The notes under the pieces were generated by a model. That model was not told where the DNA came from. It did not search any database and saw only the letters and a program-made list of their open reading frames with translations. A stretch of DNA of 64,000 nucleotides from an uncultured delta proteobacterium (GTDB lineage: Bacteria > Myxococcota_A > Polyangia > Polyangiales > JAFGIB01). Below are positions 37,112 to 47,876 of the stretch, piece by piece. Each line of letters opens with the position of its first letter. Position 1 is the first letter of the stretch. Made by a program: the position numbers and the translations under genes. The stretch covers positions 288,001 through 352,000 of the forward strand of contig CAVZVA010000005.1 in assembly GCA_963778655.1 (NCBI GenBank). The letters run 5' to 3'.

Positions 37112-38392
37112 TCACGACGGCGGCGGGGTCGGCGGCAGCGGCGGCAAGTCGACGCAGCCGAACTCGAAACGCAGCGACTCGAAGCGGCCGCCCATGGCGT
37201 CCTCGCACAGCGAGCCGTTCAGGGTGACGCTTCCGCCGTCGGAGGTGACGCTCCAGCCCGCGCCGCTGCCGAGGTCGCGCGGGACGTCCTGGTCGACGCC
37301 GTTTTCGGTCACCACCAGGTGAAGCTTGTCCGGCACCTCAGCAGGCGGATTCAGCGCGATGTCGCAGCTGTCGATCCCCTGCTTGACGATCGTCGATACG
37401 ATGTCCGAGAGCTTCATCTGCAGCGTCGCGGGATCTCCGGGATCGATGTAGTTGCCGGTCCCGCCGGCCACCGCGAGCTGATCGAGCAGGCTCGAGGCCC
37501 CTTGCGCGCCCGGCAGGCCGACCACGTAGGTCTTGTAGCCTTGGGTGCTCCACTGCGTGACCTGGTCGATCACGTTCTGGTTGGTCGTGCCGCAGTTGGG
37601 CTCGCCGTCGGTGAGGATCACGATCGCGAGCGGTCCATTGAAGCTGTTGCCGCTGATCGCGTCCTGCGCGCGCATCACGCCGGTCTCGAGCGGGGTCATG
37701 CCCGAGCCCTGCAGTCGCCACTGGTTGGGCAGCTCGCTGATGAACTGCGCGCCGGGGCGGAAGCTGATCTCGTCGGGCTGATCGATGGTGTCGACCGCGC
37801 AGGAGCCCGCGCTGAGCATCAGGCAGCAGCCGCCGACGCCTGGAATCCAGTCGATCGGGTTGACGATGTTGCAGGTGCAGGACGAGGCGCCCGTATCGAG
37901 GCTGGGAAAGAAGATGCCGCCCACGGTCAGCAGGTCCTGCAGCGGCATCAGCGCCGAGATCAGCGCGTTGCCGGCCGCCTGGTACTTGGGCGTTCCGCTC
38001 CAGTCGTCGTCCATGCTGCCCGAGCGGTCGAAGATCACCAGCACGTTGCCCGGCATGTCGATCTTCTTGACCGTGCTGTCGAGCGTCTGGTGGCCGCAGT
38101 CGGTGGAGTCCGCCGCGGTGTTGTCGTAGCAGCGCATGCCCTGCACGCAGGTGCCGGCGTCCGGAGCGACCACGTTTGCGGGTGGCGCTACTGGGTTCGA
38201 GGTCGCGTTGCCGAAGCTACCGCCAGTGCCGCCGCTCCCGCCGGCCTTGGCCGACCCGGTGCCCGCTTGACCCGAGCCGCTCGAGCCCAGCGGATTGCCC
38301 AGCGTGCGGTCACCGCTATCCGATCCCGAAGCTGCGGCGCAGCCCCCCGCCGCGGCGAGCACCGCCGCCAACAAGAGTGTCTTCCCCGTCAT
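37112..38392 (-). CDS. vWA-domain lipoprotein
   Basis: AGGC lipobox; MIDAS DRSGS; TPL; LTDGEPNC; Cys-rich C-terminus. Confidence 0.85.
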   Translation of the reverse strand: MTGKTLLLAAVLAAAGGCAAASGSDSGDRTLGNPLGSSGSGQAGTGSAKAGGSGGTGGSFGNATSNPVAPPANVVAPDAGTCVQGMRCYDNTAADSTDCGHQTLDSTVKKIDMPGNVLVIFDRSGSMDDDWSGTPKYQAAGNALISALMPLQDLLTVGGIFFPSLDTGASSCTCNIVNPIDWIPGVGGCCLMLSAGSCAVDTIDQPDEISFRPGAQFISELPNQWRLQGSGMTPLETGVMRAQDAISGNSFNGPLAIVILTDGEPNCGTTNQNVIDQVTQWSTQGYKTYVVGLPGAQGASSLLDQLAVAGGTGNYIDPGDPATLQMKLSDIVSTIVKQGIDSCDIALNPPAEVPDKLHLVVTENGVDQDVPRDLGSGAGWSVTSDGGSVTLNGSLCEDAMGGRFESLRFEFGCVDLPPLPPTPPPS

Positions 38393-38562
38393 CTGACCCA
38401 ACTCGTTTCCAACCCACTGCCTCAGCCCTGAGACACGGACAATTCTTGCACAGACCTGGCGTCTGTACCAGGAGCTTCACAGCGACGCGAGCCATGGATC
38501 GCCTCTTGGGGGGGTACCGCTCGGCGCGACGCTTGGCCGAGCCGGACCGCCCGGGCTCCGGG

Positions 38563-39342
38563 CTACCAGCGCATCCGGATCTTGACCCCGTGCCGGTGCA
38601 GGAAGTCCTTGAGATCGCTGATGCGGTGCTCCCCGTAGTGGACCATCGAGGCCACCAGAGCGGCGTCGGCGCGTCCCTCGGTGAGCACCTCGAGCAGGTG
38701 CTCGGGCTTGCCCGCGCCGCCCGACGCGACCACAGGGATGGAGACCGCGTCGGCGACCATGCGCGTCAGCCTGATTTCGTAGCCTTCACGGGTGCCGTCC
38801 GCGTCGATCGAGTTGACCACCAGCTCCCCCGCGCCCAACGCCTCGCCCTTTCGGGCCCAGGCCAGCGCGTCCTTGCCGGTGCGCGTGCGACCGCCGTGGA
38901 TCACGATCTCGTAACCGGATGGGGTCTGGGCCGACGGCTCGACCCGCAGCACGTCCATCGAGAGCACGGTGCTTTGCGCGCCGATCGCTTCCGAGATGCG
39001 CGAGATCAGCTCGGGCTGCTGGACCGCGGCGCTGTTGACGTTGACCTTCTCCGCGCCCGCGAGCCGTAGCTTGGTGGCGTCTTGCACCGAGCGCACGCCG
39101 CCGCCCACGGAAAACGGCACGAAGATCTCGCACGCAACCCGCTCCACCACGTCGAGCATGATCGCGCGCCCGTCGCTGGACGCGGTGATGTCGTACAGGA
39201 CGAGCTCGTCGAGCCCGTCGAGGTAGTACTCGCGCGCCTTCTCGACCGGGTCGCCGATGTCCTTGGTGTCGACGAACTTGACGCTCTTGGCGAGCTTGCC
39301 GCCGCGCACGTCGAGGCAGGCGATCACGCGCTTGCTCAGCAC
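38563..39342 (-). CDS. hisF: Imidazole glycerol phosphate synthase, cyclase subunit
   Basis: [30 protein letters not shown] and ASGGAG motifs. Confidence 0.96.
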   Translation of the reverse strand: MLSKRVIACLDVRGGKLAKSVKFVDTKDIGDPVEKAREYYLDGLDELVLYDITASSDGRAIMLDVVERVACEIFVPFSVGGGVRSVQDATKLRLAGAEKVNVNSAAVQQPELISRISEAIGAQSTVLSMDVLRVEPSAQTPSGYEIVIHGGRTRTGKDALAWARKGEALGAGELVVNSIDADGTREGYEIRLTRMVADAVSIPVVASGGAGKPEHLLEVLTEGRADAALVASMVHYGEHRISDLKDFLHRHGVKIRMRW

Positions 39343-39956
39343 GGGGTACCGTCCCACGCGGCGAAGCGACGCAGCAGCCGCAGACCGAAGCGCCCGCTCT
39401 TCTCGGGGTGGAACTGGGTCGCAAACAGGTTGTCGCGGCCGATCGCGCAGCAGAAGGGGCCGCCGTAGTCGCTGCTGGCGTAGGCGTGGCGGGGCTCCGC
39501 CGGGTCGAGGTAGTACGAGTGCACGAAGTAGAGCTCGTCGCCCGGCTCGATTTCCGCGAGCAAGGGGTGCGGCTGCGTGGGGCGCACTTCATTCCAGCCG
39601 ATGTGCGGGATCTTGAGCGTCGGATCGGCCAGCGCGAAGCGGCGCGTCATGCCCGGGATCAGGCCGAGGCCAGGGGTTGGGCCTTCCTCCGAGCCGTCGA
39701 GCAGCAGCTGCGCCCCGACGCAGATGCCCAGAATCGGCGTGCCGCGCGCGAATGCCTGCAGCAGCGCGTCGCGCAGGCCGCTTCGGATCAGGGTGTCCAT
39801 AGCGGCGCGGGCGTGACCGACTCCAGGGAAGATGATCCGGTCGGCCCCGGCGACCAGCTCCGCGTCCTGCGTGAATAGCGCGTCGATGCCGACCGCATCG
39901 CAAGCCCGCTTGACGCTGCGGAGATTGCCAGCGTCGTAGTCGACGATCGCGATCAT
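39336..39956 (-). CDS. hisH: Imidazole glycerol phosphate synthase, glutaminase subunit
   Basis: DYDAGNL, FPGVG, GICVG, PHIGWN, YFVHSY and QFHPEKS motifs. Confidence 0.96.
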   Translation of the reverse strand: MIAIVDYDAGNLRSVKRACDAVGIDALFTQDAELVAGADRIIFPGVGHARAAMDTLIRSGLRDALLQAFARGTPILGICVGAQLLLDGSEEGPTPGLGLIPGMTRRFALADPTLKIPHIGWNEVRPTQPHPLLAEIEPGDELYFVHSYYLDPAEPRHAYASSDYGGPFCCAIGRDNLFATQFHPEKSGRFGLRLLRRFAAWDGTPC

Positions 39957-40109
39957 GACGCGGCATGGATAGCATGTCCTGGACTGCACGCTACGCGCGG
40001 GGCTTGCGCTGCCAGCTCGCTCGCGCCACCTTGCCATCCCCGGGGCGAGACGCCGGCCGTCTTGCCGTCAGGGCGGTCGCAGCCGCTCGCGCGCAGGCGC
40101 TCCGGGCAG

Positions 40110-40688
40110 GTGAGCATGATCATCCTGATTCGACACGGTCAGACGGCGCTCAACGCGGCACGCATCGTGCAGCCTGTCGACACCCCGCTGAGCGAGCAGG
40201 GCCGCGCCCAAGCCGAGCGCGTGGCGCAACGGCTGGCTTTGCTTGGTGTCGAGCGCGTGCTGTGCAGCGACCTCTTGCGCGCGCGCATGACCGCCGAGCC
40301 GATCGCGCGTGCGAGCAACGCCGGCATCGAGCTCGACCCGCTGCTACAAGAGCGCAACTTCGGCCAGCTGCGGGGAAGGCCCTACGACGAGATCGGGCCC
40401 GGGATCTTCGGTCCGGACTTCGTGCCGCCGGGCGGCGAGGGTTGGCCGGAGTTCGACGCGCGGGTCGCCCGAGCCTGGGCGCGGGCGCTCGAGCACGCCG
40501 CGGCCTGCGCCGGTAATCTGGCGGTCGTCACACACGGGTTCGTGTGCCGGTCGCTGGCGCGGCAGTTCCTCGCTCTGCCGGCCGGGCAGGACGCGCCGCA
40601 GCGCTGGGACAACACCGGCGTCACGCTGTGCGATCCCGCGCCGCCGCACGCGGTGCATCTGCTCAACTGCGTCACGCACCTGGCGTGA
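40110..40688 (+). CDS. Histidine phosphatase (phosphoglycerate mutase) family
   Basis: RHGQT, SDLLRA, ERNFG and VTHG motifs. Confidence 0.9.
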   Translation: MSMIILIRHGQTALNAARIVQPVDTPLSEQGRAQAERVAQRLALLGVERVLCSDLLRARMTAEPIARASNAGIELDPLLQERNFGQLRGRPYDEIGPGIFGPDFVPPGGEGWPEFDARVARAWARALEHAAACAGNLAVVTHGFVCRSLARQFLALPAGQDAPQRWDNTGVTLCDPAPPHAVHLLNCVTHLA

Positions 40689-40750
40689 GCGCGCGATGCT
40701 GCTCACGTAGCGCCATCGAGACGCGCTCCAGCCCGATCCAGGCGCTGAAA

Positions 40751-41200
40751 TCAGCTCGCGGTCTTCTTGCGCGCGCGCGGCTGGCGCTCGCGCGCGCGCA
40801 GCACCGGACGCACGCCGGTGGTGGGCCCCGCCTGCCCGGCCAGCCATGCTTCGGCGTCCTCGCGCTTGGCGAAGCTGCGGATCACCTGGCCTTGCACCAT
40901 GTGCGTGATCCACAGCGCCAGGCTGCGGCTTGCGCTCGAGCTCACGATGAAGGCCGTCTGCGCGGCCTTGTCGCCCAGAAAACGCTGCAGCCCGACGAGC
41001 TGATCGCGCGCGCTCAGGCTGTAGCTGTGCACGCCGAGCAAGTCGATCACGATTCGGACGCCACCCGCCTTGACAACGCTGAGCTGGGCGCGGACCTCGG
41101 TTTCGCAGGCGAGCACGGTGCGCTCGTTCAGCTCCGCGCTCAGCTCGACCTCGAGCTTGTCGGCGGATCGGCGATGGATTTGGAAGCAGCTCTCCTCCAT
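40751..41200 (-). CDS. STAS/SpoIIAA-like small protein
   Basis: IVIDL..YSLSAR..TAFIV..RSFAKREDAEAWL pattern. Confidence 0.55.
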   Translation of the reverse strand: MEESCFQIHRRSADKLEVELSAELNERTVLACETEVRAQLSVVKAGGVRIVIDLLGVHSYSLSARDQLVGLQRFLGDKAAQTAFIVSSSASRSLALWITHMVQGQVIRSFAKREDAEAWLAGQAGPTTGVRPVLRARERQPRARKKTAS

Positions 41201-41360
41201 ACCTGTGAATCAGACTACAACCGCCGGCACCAAAGGGGCAACGGGATCGGCTGTGCAAAGTGAGCGTGCTAGTGGAACATGAGTCTTCAGAGAATGTGCG
41301 CCGCTGTAGCTCGAGGTGATGGCCGCGTGGGCGGTAAGCTACACATGACTTCATTACCTG

Positions 41361-42338
41361 CTACAGGAAAGCCAGTAGCTCGCCCGCCTGCGCGAGCAAT
41401 CCCGGCAGCCCGCCGGTGTGGATGAACAGAACGCGCGCCGGCTTGGGATCGAGGTTGGCCAGGCCGTATAAGGCCTTGCCCGTGTACACCGGATCGAGAA
41501 TCACGCCGCACGCACGCGCCACCCGCACGATGAAGCGCGCCTGTGCGTCGCTCGCCACACCGTAGGCCGGGCCCTTGAAGCGATCGATGACCTCGAGCTC
41601 AGCCAGCGGGCCGCTGCTGCCGAGCAGGGCTTGCGCCTCGGCCGCGATGCCGGCGATCACGCGCTCGAAGTAGGCTCGATCGTCGCAGACCGCCATCGCC
41701 AGCACTTGCGCGGCCACGCCGTGGCGCGCGACGCCCAGCGTCACGCCCGCGGCCGTGCCGCCCGAGCCGCAGGCGTGGACCAGCGCGTCGAAGCGCGCCG
41801 GTGCGCCGGCTGCGCCCGCGTCGAGCTGAACGCGCAGCTCGGCCATCGCGTCCACATAGCCAAGCGCGCCCAGCCCGCACGATCCCCCTTCCGGAATCAC
41901 GTACGCTCGCTCGCCGCGCCGCTCCAGCTCGCGCGCGACCTCCTGCATGTGCCGCGCGCGCTCGCGGTACTGGGCCGGCGTAATCAGGCGCACCTCGGCT
42001 CCGACCAGCGCGTCGAGAAAGGCGTTGCCGCGATCGAGCGGCTGCGGCTCGGGGGTGCGCAGCAACAGCAGCGCGCGCAGGCCCAGCTGCCGAGCCAGGA
42101 TGGCCGTGGCGCGCGCGTGGTTGGACTGCAGGCCGCCGCAGGTCACCACCGTGGTCGCGTCCTGGGCGAGGGCGTCCGCGAGCAGGTACTCGAGCTTGCG
42201 GATCTTGTTGCCGGCAGCTGGCCCGGCGCTCATGTCGTCGCGTTTGAGCCAGACCTGGGTGCCGACCAAGGCGTCCAGCGCGTCGTAGCGCTGCAGCGGC
42301 GTCGGCAGCTGCGCGAGCGCAAGCTTCGGAGGCGGCAT
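41361..42338 (-). CDS. D-cysteine desulfhydrase / ACC deaminase family PLP enzyme
   Basis: [32 protein letters not shown] and HTGG motifs. Confidence 0.92.
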   Translation of the reverse strand: MPPPKLALAQLPTPLQRYDALDALVGTQVWLKRDDMSAGPAAGNKIRKLEYLLADALAQDATTVVTCGGLQSNHARATAILARQLGLRALLLLRTPEPQPLDRGNAFLDALVGAEVRLITPAQYRERARHMQEVARELERRGERAYVIPEGGSCGLGALGYVDAMAELRVQLDAGAAGAPARFDALVHACGSGGTAAGVTLGVARHGVAAQVLAMAVCDDRAYFERVIAGIAAEAQALLGSSGPLAELEVIDRFKGPAYGVASDAQARFIVRVARACGVILDPVYTGKALYGLANLDPKPARVLFIHTGGLPGLLAQAGELLAFL

Positions 42339-42420
42339 GCCGCCAGGCTACACCCGCGCGGGTGCGCGGCGGAGCGGGATCGGGCCGGGACTGCGCGCCC
42401 AGACCAAGCCCGCTCTCGCT

Positions 42421-42900
42421 TCAGTGACCGCTGCCAGAAACGGCGCCCCCGACCTGGGTCGTATACTTGGTGAACTTGGCGTCGTAGGTCCCGCTGCAGG
42501 CGACACTGCCGGCGGTGTCGAACTGCATGAAGCTGACCGTCCCGGACAGCTCGTTCTCGTTGTCGACGTAGATCGGGTCGCCGTCCAGCTGCGAAGTGGG
42601 GTAGCCCGCAGCGTTTTGTACGGTCTGCGTCATGCGCAGGGTGCACCCCTTCATGACGATGTCCGTGGAGACCTGACCGTTGGGCAGGTTCTGAATGACC
42701 ATGTTGACGCCCTTGCGGCCGCCCTGGAAGGGCACCCGGAAGGGGTTGGCAATCGGGCCGCATGTGCCCGAAATGGGGGTGTAGATCGGCGAATAGATCC
42801 CGTCGATGAGCGGGCAGTTATTGGCGTTGGCGCTGCAGCCCAGCAGTGCGAGCAATGCAAAGGCCATGATTGGAGTCGTGCGGCTCATAGGCATGGTCAT
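42421..42900 (-). CDS. Hypothetical lipoprotein
   Basis: LLGC lipobox; small Cys-containing beta-rich domain; AGAGGG RBS. Confidence 0.65.
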   Translation of the reverse strand: MTMPMSRTTPIMAFALLALLGCSANANNCPLIDGIYSPIYTPISGTCGPIANPFRVPFQGGRKGVNMVIQNLPNGQVSTDIVMKGCTLRMTQTVQNAAGYPTSQLDGDPIYVDNENELSGTVSFMQFDTAGSVACSGTYDAKFTKYTTQVGGAVSGSGH

Positions 42901-43180
42901 CCCTCTGTCGATGCTTCCGGCTTGTCGTCTCCCTTGCCTGTCCAACCTGCGCCCGATGCCCAGTCGCGCGGCCTGACCTGCTCGGCAATGAGCAAGGACC
43001 GTACACCAAGTAGGGCCCGGTAGGCGAGTGGACACTCGGCATAAAGCGTTCAGCAAAGGGTTGGAATCCACCGTGTAGACGTGCTATTCATGTAATACTA
43101 CAATAGGCTTGGATGGAGCCATCGAGGTGCTGCCGCCACGCGCGCGCGGCGCCTACATGCTTGCTTGAAATGACACCCTC

Positions 43181-45244
43181 TTGGCCGCTTATGCTCGGGC
43201 GTTCCGAGCGCAGCACGCGACAGGTAGCACGACCTTGAACGACTCAGAGCGCGAGCGCAGGAGATCGCGACCCGCACCGCCGTGCATCGGCGGTTACGCG
43301 CTGGGCCAGCGTATCGGCATCGGCGGCATGGCCGAGGTGTTCGAGGCGTATCGCAGCGGGCCGCACGGCTTTCGCAAACGCGTCGCGCTCAAGCGCATTC
43401 TGCCGCACGTCGCGGCCGATCCCACCTACGTGCGGATGTTCATCGAGGAGGCCTCGCTGGCCGCGCAGCTCGAGCACCCGAGCGTGGTCCAGGTGTTCGA
43501 CTTCGGCGAGGACGGCGAGGAGCTGTTTCTCGCGATGGAGCTGGTCGAGGGCGCCAGCGTCGCGCGCATGTTGCGCGTGCTGGCCGCGCGCGGCGATGCG
43601 GTTCCGCTGGACGTGGCGATGCACATCGCCGTCCAGGCCGCGCGCGCGCTCGCGTACGCGCATCGCTTGCGCGACACGCACGGCGATCGGCTGGACCTGG
43701 TCCATCGCGACGTCAGCCCGGGCAACCTATTGCTGACCCGTCACGGACACCTCAAGCTCGCCGACTTCGGCATCGCCCGCACCCAGCAGCGCGAGCGGCA
43801 CACCGGCGACCGCAACCTGCGCGGCAAGATCGGCTACATGTCCCCAGAACAGGTCAACGGCGAGCCGCTGACCTCCAAGAGCGACGTGTTCACGCTGGCG
43901 ATCGTGCTGTGCGAGATGCTGCTGGGCGAGACGCTGTTCTCCCAGGGGCCCGATCTGGATGTGCTGCTGCGCATCCGTCAGGTGGATCTCGGCGTGCTCG
44001 CGCGCACGCGGCGTCGCATTCCTTCCGACGTCCGCGGCTTGCTGCTGCACGCGCTAAGCGAAAATCCGGCCGAGCGGCCGGATGCGCGCGGCTTCGCAGA
44101 TGCGCTGGAGACAGTGATGGCCCGCCGCAGCATGGCGACCGGCGGTGCCGAACGGGTGGCGGCGCTGCTGCAGCGCTACGAGCTGGTGCCAGTCGACGAT
44201 CTCGACCAAGCCGCGTCGGAGGCCGGGGCGCGTCCGACCGCCCTGGTCCAGCTGGACGCGGTCTCCGATCCAGGACCGCGCGTGACCCTGGAGGGCGGCC
44301 TCGGCCTGGCCTCGCATAGCGAGTACACGCCCTTGCTGGCGGGCAAGTCCGGCCCGGGCAAGGTGCCGTTCCCCGAGCTGGTACGCCTGGCGACCACCGG
44401 CGTGATCGACGCGCGCACGCCCGTGGTCAAGGACCGCGGGGACGCAGTGCCGGCCTGCCAGCTGCCCGAGCTCTCGCGCATCTTCGCGACGCCGGCGCTG
44501 CAGTGGGATGACGCGGAGATCAGCGCGCCCCGCCGCCGCGGCGAGCTCGGCGCGGCGGTGCTGCTGCCGCTGATCCACAGCCTGAGCGCGACCCGCGAGA
44601 CGGGCATGCTCTACCTGCGCGACGGGGAGAAGCGCAAGAAGATCTACTTCGTGGACGGGCGTCCCGACTTCGTGGCTTCGACCCAGCGCGGCGAGATGCT
44701 GGGCCAGTACCTCGAGGACCACGGCCATTGCCTGTCGATGGAGGTCGACATGGGCCTGGCCACCATGCCCCAGCATGCCGGCAGGCTGGGCGATGCGCTG
44801 GTCGCGCTGGGCGTGCTGCGTCCGGTGCAGCTCTACCGCGCGGTCGCTGCCCAGGTTCGCGAGCGCTACCTGGAAGCTTTCCGCTGGCGCGGCGGCGAGT
44901 GGCGCTACGTGCGCGCGGCCGAGAGCCACGAGGAGACCTATCCGATCGAGCAGGACGCGCAGATGTTGATGCGCGACGCTGCGTCGCAGCTGCACCCCTC
45001 CGAGCTCGAGGCTGGGCTCTCGCCGCTGTGGGAGACGGTGGTGCGCCCCTCGGTCGAGCCGCCCGCGCCGCTCTCGGCCTATCAGGTGCCGGACAGCTGG
45101 CGCTGGGTGATCTCGCAGGCCAACGGCGAGAGCACGGTGGGCGCGCTGTTCGCGCGCTGCTGCCGCCAGTCGGGTCTGGACGAGGAAGACGCGTTGCGGG
45201 CGCTGTTCTTGGGCGTGTCCTGCCAGCTGCTGGACGCGGCCTGA
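43181..45244 (+). CDS. Ser/Thr protein kinase with a C-terminal DUF4388-like domain
   Basis: GIGGMAEV, VALK, HRDVSPGN, DFG, YMSPEQ; C-terminal ETGMLYL..KKIYFVDG..LGQYL..RLGDALVALG. Start codon uncertain. Confidence 0.9.
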   Translation: MAAYARAFRAQHATGSTTLNDSERERRRSRPAPPCIGGYALGQRIGIGGMAEVFEAYRSGPHGFRKRVALKRILPHVAADPTYVRMFIEEASLAAQLEHPSVVQVFDFGEDGEELFLAMELVEGASVARMLRVLAARGDAVPLDVAMHIAVQAARALAYAHRLRDTHGDRLDLVHRDVSPGNLLLTRHGHLKLADFGIARTQQRERHTGDRNLRGKIGYMSPEQVNGEPLTSKSDVFTLAIVLCEMLLGETLFSQGPDLDVLLRIRQVDLGVLARTRRRIPSDVRGLLLHALSENPAERPDARGFADALETVMARRSMATGGAERVAALLQRYELVPVDDLDQAASEAGARPTALVQLDAVSDPGPRVTLEGGLGLASHSEYTPLLAGKSGPGKVPFPELVRLATTGVIDARTPVVKDRGDAVPACQLPELSRIFATPALQWDDAEISAPRRRGELGAAVLLPLIHSLSATRETGMLYLRDGEKRKKIYFVDGRPDFVASTQRGEMLGQYLEDHGHCLSMEVDMGLATMPQHAGRLGDALVALGVLRPVQLYRAVAAQVRERYLEAFRWRGGEWRYVRAAESHEETYPIEQDAQMLMRDAASQLHPSELEAGLSPLWETVVRPSVEPPAPLSAYQVPDSWRWVISQANGESTVGALFARCCRQSGLDEEDALRALFLGVSCQLLDAA

Positions 45245-45343
45245 ACCCGGCTCGGGCGGCGGCTTGCAGGCCGGCTCGGCGAGCGCTGAGGTCGCCGCCA
45301 TTTCGCTTGCGCGGGTGCAGCCTTGTGGACACCATGCGGCGGC

Positions 45344-46678
45344 ATGAGGCCGTCTCAGGCGCCGGGGTTGAACGAAGGGCTCACCGCCGGCGAGCTGCGC
45401 GACGCGTGGATGATCCTGTCCCGCGACGACCGGCTGATGGGCTTCAAGCTGCTCTCGCGGGAGGAGTCGGAGGACTTCTTCCTGGAGCTGTCGGCGCGCG
45501 ATCACGCCGAGCTGTTGCTCTCGCTTCCGCAGCCCGAGCGGCGCTCGTGGCTGCGGTTGCTGGCCCCCGATGACGCGGCCGACCTGATTCAGGAGGCGCC
45601 GCCCGAGCAGCGCGAGCCGCTGCTGGCGCTGCTCGACGAGCCGACGCGCAAGGAGGTCAAGGCGCTGCTCGCGTACGCGGAAGACGCAGCCGGCGGCTTG
45701 ATGAACCCGCGCTATGCCCGCCTGCGGCCCGAGATGACGGTGGACGAAGCGATCGCGTACCTGCGCAAGCAGGCGCGCGAGCGGCTGGAGACCATCTACT
45801 ACGTGTACGTGCTAGACGAGCAGCAGCATCTGCTCGGCGTGGTCTCGTTCCGCGAGTTGTTCGCGGCGCGACCCGACAAGAGCGTGCGCGACATCATGCG
45901 CCAGGAGGTGCTGACGGTGCGCGAGGACCAGGACCAGGAGTCGGTCAGCCGCGTGGTCGCGCAGCAGGACCTGTACGCGATTCCGGTCGTCGACGCGGAC
46001 AACCGCATCAAGGGCATCGTCACCGTGGACGACATCGTCGACGTGGTCCAGGAGGAGGCCACCGAGGACATTCAGAAATACGGCGGCATGGAGGCGCTGG
46101 ACGCGCCCTACCTCGCGGTCGCCTTCACCAGCATGGTGAAGAAGCGTGCGGGCTGGCTGGCAGCGTTGTTTCTGGGCGAGATGCTGACCGCCACTGCGAT
46201 GGCGTACTTCGAGGACGAGATCGCGCGGGCTGTGGTGCTCACACTGTTCGTACCGTTGATCATCTCCAGCGGTGGCAACTCCGGCTCGCAGGCGTCGACG
46301 CTGGTGATTCGCGCGATGGCGCTGGGCGAGCTGAAGCTGCGCGATTTCTGGCGCGTGCTGCGGCGCGAGCTGGCGGCCGGCGCCGCGCTCGGCTCGGTGC
46401 TGGGGGCGATCGGGTTCCTGCGCATCGTGGTTTGGCAGGCGGTTCGGCCGACCTACGGGCAGTACTACCTGCTAATCGCGTTCACGGTGTCGGGCAGCCT
46501 GCTCGGCGTGGTGATGTTCGGGACGGTCGCCGGCTCGCTGCTGCCGTTCGTGCTGCGACGGCTGGGCTTCGACCCCGCCAGCGCCTCGGCGCCGTTCGTG
46601 GCGACCATGGTCGACGTGACCGGCCTGGTCATCTACTTCACCGCGGCCAGCATCCTGTTGGGCGGCACGCTGCTGTAG
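45344..46678 (+). CDS. mgtE: Magnesium transporter MgtE
   Basis: AGGLM, CBS pair, EEATED, GGNSGSQ and DPASASAPFVATMVD motifs. Confidence 0.96.
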   Translation: MRPSQAPGLNEGLTAGELRDAWMILSRDDRLMGFKLLSREESEDFFLELSARDHAELLLSLPQPERRSWLRLLAPDDAADLIQEAPPEQREPLLALLDEPTRKEVKALLAYAEDAAGGLMNPRYARLRPEMTVDEAIAYLRKQARERLETIYYVYVLDEQQHLLGVVSFRELFAARPDKSVRDIMRQEVLTVREDQDQESVSRVVAQQDLYAIPVVDADNRIKGIVTVDDIVDVVQEEATEDIQKYGGMEALDAPYLAVAFTSMVKKRAGWLAALFLGEMLTATAMAYFEDEIARAVVLTLFVPLIISSGGNSGSQASTLVIRAMALGELKLRDFWRVLRRELAAGAALGSVLGAIGFLRIVVWQAVRPTYGQYYLLIAFTVSGSLLGVVMFGTVAGSLLPFVLRRLGFDPASASAPFVATMVDVTGLVIYFTAASILLGGTLL

Positions 46679-46695
46679 CGGGCGGGGGCGCTCGG

Positions 46696-47775
46696 CTACT
46701 GAATGGCGCGCTGGCGCAGGTAGTGGTCGGCCAGCGTCAGGCACATCATCGCCTCGACCATCGGCACCGCGCGCGGCAGCACGCACGGGTCGTGACGGCC
46801 CTGGGCCTCCAGCGTGACCGCGTGGTTGTCGCGGTCCACGGTCTGCTGGGGCAGGGAGATGGTCGCAGTCGGCTTGAAGGCCACGCGGATCACGATCGGC
46901 GCGCCGTTGCTGATCCCGCCTTGCACTCCGCCCGAGCGGTTGCTGGTGGTGCGCGGGCGGCCCTCCGGGCCTGGCACGAAGGGATCGTTGTGGGTGCTGC
47001 CCCGCATCCGCGTGCCGGCGAAGCCGCTGCCGATCTCGAAGCCCTTGCTGGCCGGCAGCGAGAGCATGGCTTTGGCCAGATCCGCCTCCAGCTTGTCGAA
47101 AACCGGCTCGCCCAGGCCGGCGGGCACGCCGCGCGCGACGCACTCCACCACGCCCCCGAGCGAGTCCTGCTCGCGCCGCGCCTGATCGATGCGCTCGGCG
47201 ATGGCCGCGGCGAGCTGCGGGTCGGGACAGCGCGTGGGCGAGGCCTCGACCTCGGCCAGGGTCACGCGCTCCGGATCGGCCACGTGCTCGAGGTCGTGCA
47301 CGCTGCACACCCAGGCCAGCACCTCCACGCCCGCGGCCTGCGCCAGCAGCTTGCGCGCGATCGCGCCGGCGGCCACGCGCCCGATCGTCTCGCGCGCGCT
47401 GGCGCGTCCGCCGCCCTGCCAGTTGCGCACGCCGTACTTGGCTTCGTAGGTGAAGTCCGCGTGCGAGGGGCGATAGATGTCTTTCATCGGCTCGTAGGCC
47501 GAGGCGCGCGCGTCATGGTTGCGCACCAGCATGGCGATCGGCGTGCCGAGCGTGCGGCCCTCGAACAGGCCGGAGAGGATCTCCACGCGGTCGGCTTCCT
47601 GTCGCGGTGTGGTCAAGCGGCTCTGGCCCGGCCGGCGGCGGTCGAGATCGCGCTGGATCTCCTCGACGCTGAGCTCGAGCCGCGGCGGGCAGCCGTCGAC
47701 CACCACGCCCACGCCGCCCCCGTGCGATTCGCCGAAGGTCGAGCTGCGAAAGAGTCGTCCGAAGCTGCTGCCCAT
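46696..47775 (-). CDS. aroC: Chorismate synthase
   Basis: GESHG, RRPGQS, RPSHAD, RASARET and GRHDPC motifs. Confidence 0.97.
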   Translation of the reverse strand: MGSSFGRLFRSSTFGESHGGGVGVVVDGCPPRLELSVEEIQRDLDRRRPGQSRLTTPRQEADRVEILSGLFEGRTLGTPIAMLVRNHDARASAYEPMKDIYRPSHADFTYEAKYGVRNWQGGGRASARETIGRVAAGAIARKLLAQAAGVEVLAWVCSVHDLEHVADPERVTLAEVEASPTRCPDPQLAAAIAERIDQARREQDSLGGVVECVARGVPAGLGEPVFDKLEADLAKAMLSLPASKGFEIGSGFAGTRMRGSTHNDPFVPGPEGRPRTTSNRSGGVQGGISNGAPIVIRVAFKPTATISLPQQTVDRDNHAVTLEAQGRHDPCVLPRAVPMVEAMMCLTLADHYLRQRAIQ

Positions 47776-47876
47776 GCGGGTCACGCGCGGTGCGTGCCGC
47801 GCCTGCCGCGCAGTATGCGGCAGCGCGCGGCCGCGTGCCAGGGCACGCGCCGGATGGTCTGGTATAGTGGAGCGGT

